64,000 nt of DNA, taken from Mobula hypostoma (taxonomy: Eukaryota). The stretch spans positions 245,212,001 through 245,276,000 of the forward strand of contig NC_086097.1 of assembly GCF_963921235.1 (NCBI RefSeq), written 5' to 3'. Made by a program: the position numbers and the translations under genes. Below are positions 60,780 through 64,000 of this stretch, piece by piece. The notes beneath the pieces were generated by a model. That model was not told the DNA's origin, ran no database searches, and was given only the letters and a program-made list of their open reading frames with translations. How positions within the stretch are numbered: position 1 is the first letter of the stretch; each line of letters starts with the position of its first letter.

Positions 60780-63700
60780 TAAGACCATAAGATATAGGAA
60801 CAGAAACAAGGAATCTGGCCCACCAAGTCTGCTCCACCATTTCATCACGGCTGATTCAATTTTCCTCTCAGCCCCAATCCCCTGCCTTTTCCCCGTATCA
60901 CTTCATGCCCTGACTAATCAAGATTTTGTCAACCTCTGCCTTGAACATACATAAAGACTTGGCCTCTACAGCTGCCTGTGGCAAAGAATTCCGCATATTC
61001 TCCACTCTCTAGCTTGAGAAATCCCTCCTCACCTCTGTTATAAAAGGACGCCCCTCTATTCTGAGGCTGTGTCCTCTGGTCTTAGACTCTCCCACCATAG
61101 GAAATATCCTCTCCACATCCACTTTATCAAGGTCTTTCACCATTCAATAGGTTTCAATGAGGTCACCCCTCATTCTTCTGAATTCTAGTGAATTCAGGCC
61201 CAGAACCATCAGACTCTCTTCATATGACAAGCCATTCAATCCTGGAATCATTTTTGTGAACTTCCTTTGAACCCTCTCCAGTTTCAGCACATCCTTTCTA
61301 GGATAAGGGACCTAAACCTGCTCACAATACTTGCCCCTCCACCTATGTTCATATCATCTGCAAACTTTGCAGCAAAGCCATCAATTCCCTAATCCAAATC
61401 ATTGACATATAACGTAAAAAGAATCAGTCCCAACACAGACCCCCATGAAACACAACTAGTCACCGGCAGCCAGTCAGAAAAGGCTCCCTTTATTCCCACT
61501 CTTTGCCTCCTGCCAAACAGCCACTGCTTTATCCATTCTAGAATCTTTCCTGTAATACCAAGAGCTCGTAACTTGTTAAGTAGCCTCATGTGTGGCACCT
61601 TGTCAAAGACCTTCTGAAAATGCAAGTACACAACATCAACCTCTTCTCCTTTGTCTGTCCTGCTTGTTATTTCACCAAAGAATTCCAAGAGATTTGTCAA
61701 GCAAGATTTTCCCTTGTAGAAACCATGCCGACTACAGCTTATTTTATCATGTGCCTCCAAGAACTCTGAGACCTCATCCTTAATAATGAGCTCCAACATC
61801 TTCCCAACTACTGGGGTGGACTAACTAAAGTTTCCTTTCTTCTGTCTTTTTCCCTTCTTAAAAAGTGGAGTGACATTTGGAATTTTCCAGTCTTCTGGAA
61901 CCATTCCAGAATCTAGTGATTCTTGAAAGATCATTACTAATGGCTCCACAATCTCTTCATCCACCTCTTTCAGAACTCTGGGGTGTACACCATCTGGTCT
62001 AAGTGACGTATTTACCTTCAGACCTTTCAGTTTCCCAACAACCTTCTCTTTAGTTCTGGTAACTTCACATACTTTATGTCTACAGATCCCTGAAAGTTGC
62101 CTCACAGGTGGATAGGATAGTTAAGAAAGCTTATGGGGTGTTAGCTTTCATAAGTCGAGGGATAGAGTTTAAGAGTCGCGATGTAATGATGCAGCTCTAT
62201 AAAACTCTGGTTAGGCTACACTTGGAGTACTGTGTCCAGTTCTGGTCACCTCTCTATAGGAAGGATGTGGAAGCATTGGAAAGGGTACAGAGGAGATTTA
62301 CCAGGATGCTGCCTGGTTTAGAGAGTATGCATTATGATCAGAGATTAAGGGAGCTAGGGCTTTACTCTTTGGAGAGAAGGAGGATGAGAGGAGACATGAT
62401 AGAGGTGTACAAGATAACAAGAGGAATAGATAGAGTGGATAGCCAGTGCCTCTTCCCCAGGGCACCACTGCTCAATACAAGAGGACATGGCTTTAAGGTA
62501 AGGGGTGGGAAGTTCAAGGGGGATATTAGAGGAAGGTTTTTTACTCAGAGAGTAGTTCGTGCGTGGAATGCACTGCCTGAGTCAGTGGTGGAGGCAGATA
62601 CACTAGTGAAGTTTAAGAGACTACTAGACAGGTATATGGAGGAATTTAAGGTGGGGGCTTATCTGGGAGGCAGGGTTTGATGGTCGGTACAACATTGTGG
62701 GCCGAAGGGCCTGTACTGTGCTGTACTGTTCTATGTTCTGTGCCCCCTGACACCTGGAACTTCCACCATACTGCTAGTGTCTTTCACAGTGAAGACTGAT
62801 GCAAAATACTTACTTAGTTTATCTGTTATTTCATTGCCTCCCATTACTCCTCTCCCTAGCCTCCTTTTCCAGCAGTCCGATATCTACTCTCGCCTCTCTT
62901 TTACACTTTATGTAGCTGAAGAAGCTTCTGGTATCCTATTTAATATTATTGGCTAGCTTACTTTTGTATTCTATCTTTACCATCTTAATGACTTTTTTGG
63001 TTACTTCGCTGTTGGTTCTTAAAAGCTTCCCAATCCCCTAACTTCCCACTAATCTTTGCTGTATTATATGCCCTTGCTTTGGTTTTTATGTTAGTTTTGA
63101 CTTCTCCTGTTAGCCATGGTTGTGTCATCTTTCCTTTAGGGTGCTTCTTCCTTTTTGGGATGTATATATCCTGTGTCTTCCAAATTGCTTCCAGAAATTC
63201 CAGCCATTATCCCTGCCAGCGTTCTTTTCCAATCAATTCTGGCCAACTCCTCGCTCATGCCTCTGCCATTCCCTTTACTTCACTGCAATACTGATACATC
63301 TGACACTAGCTTCTCCTTCTCAAACTTCAGGGTGAATTCGATCATATTATTATCACTTACTCCAAAGGGTTCTTTTACCTTAAGCTCTCTAATCAATTCT
63401 GGTTCATTGCACAAGACCCAATCCAGAATAGCTGATCCTCTAGTGGGCTCAACCACAAGCTGATCTAAAAAGCCATCTCATAGGCACTCTAGAAATTCCT
63501 CCTCTTGGAATCCAGCACCAACCTGTTTTACCCAATCTACCTGCATATTGAAGATCCCCATGACTATTGTAAAATTGTCCTTTTTGCATGCATTTTCTAC
63601 CTCCTCTTGTAATTTGTTGGCCACATCCACATACTGTTTGGGGGTCTGTACGCAACTCCCATCGGGGTCTATTTACCCTTGCAGTTCCTGAGCTCTATCT

Positions 63701-64000
63701 GCAATATTTCTACACCTTCGGACCCTATGTCAACTCTTTCTAATGATTTTATTTTATTTTTTATCAACAAAGTAACGCCGCCCCCTCTGCCTTCCTGCCT
63801 ATCCTTTCGATACAAAGTATATTCTTGGACATTAAGCTCCCAGCTATAACCTTTCAGCCATGATTCAGTGATGCCTACAACATACCTGCCAATCTGCAAC
63901 TGTGCTGCAAGTTCATCTACCTTACCGCGTGCATTAAGATATAACACCTTCAGTCCTGTTTTCATCCTTTTTGATTTTCACGCACCATGCTCAACCTTTT
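60780..64000 (-). mobile_element. Older CR1 ORF2 (endonuclease to 3' end), interrupted
   Basis: LKVLYLNAR, GITESWL, GGGVTLL (63669-63965); RT motifs in 61389-62105. Confidence 0.9.
62083..62740 (+). mobile_element. Young CR1 3' fragment nested in the older CR1
   Basis: 190-aa ORF nearly identical to the C-terminus of 3745-6159. Confidence 0.95.

Overview
Vertebrate nuclear DNA, most likely a cartilaginous fish (inferred from the repeat families; not verified). Roughly three quarters of the window is nested retrotransposon debris: many CR1 LINEs (several young), Rex1/Babar-type and RTE LINE pieces, two Hero-like restriction-endonuclease retrotransposon fragments, Penelope-like elements, tRNA-derived SINEs and TG...CA solo LTRs. 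No intact cellular gene was found. The main non-repeat signal is a decayed, intron-containing FBXL2/FBXL20-family (F-box/leucine-rich-repeat) gene on the minus strand. Three consecutive exons lie in the expected order (50115-50209, 43653-43711, 38773-38851), each with a disabling lesion, and the middle exon has a second copy at 39281-39314. None of these is in the ORF track. The Penelope terminal repeats carry about ten copies of a minimal hammerhead-ribozyme motif, including a ~90-bp insertion with a target-site duplication (TSD) that is little more than the ribozyme. Family assignments come from recalled motifs, not database searches, and repeat boundaries without a TSD are approximate.
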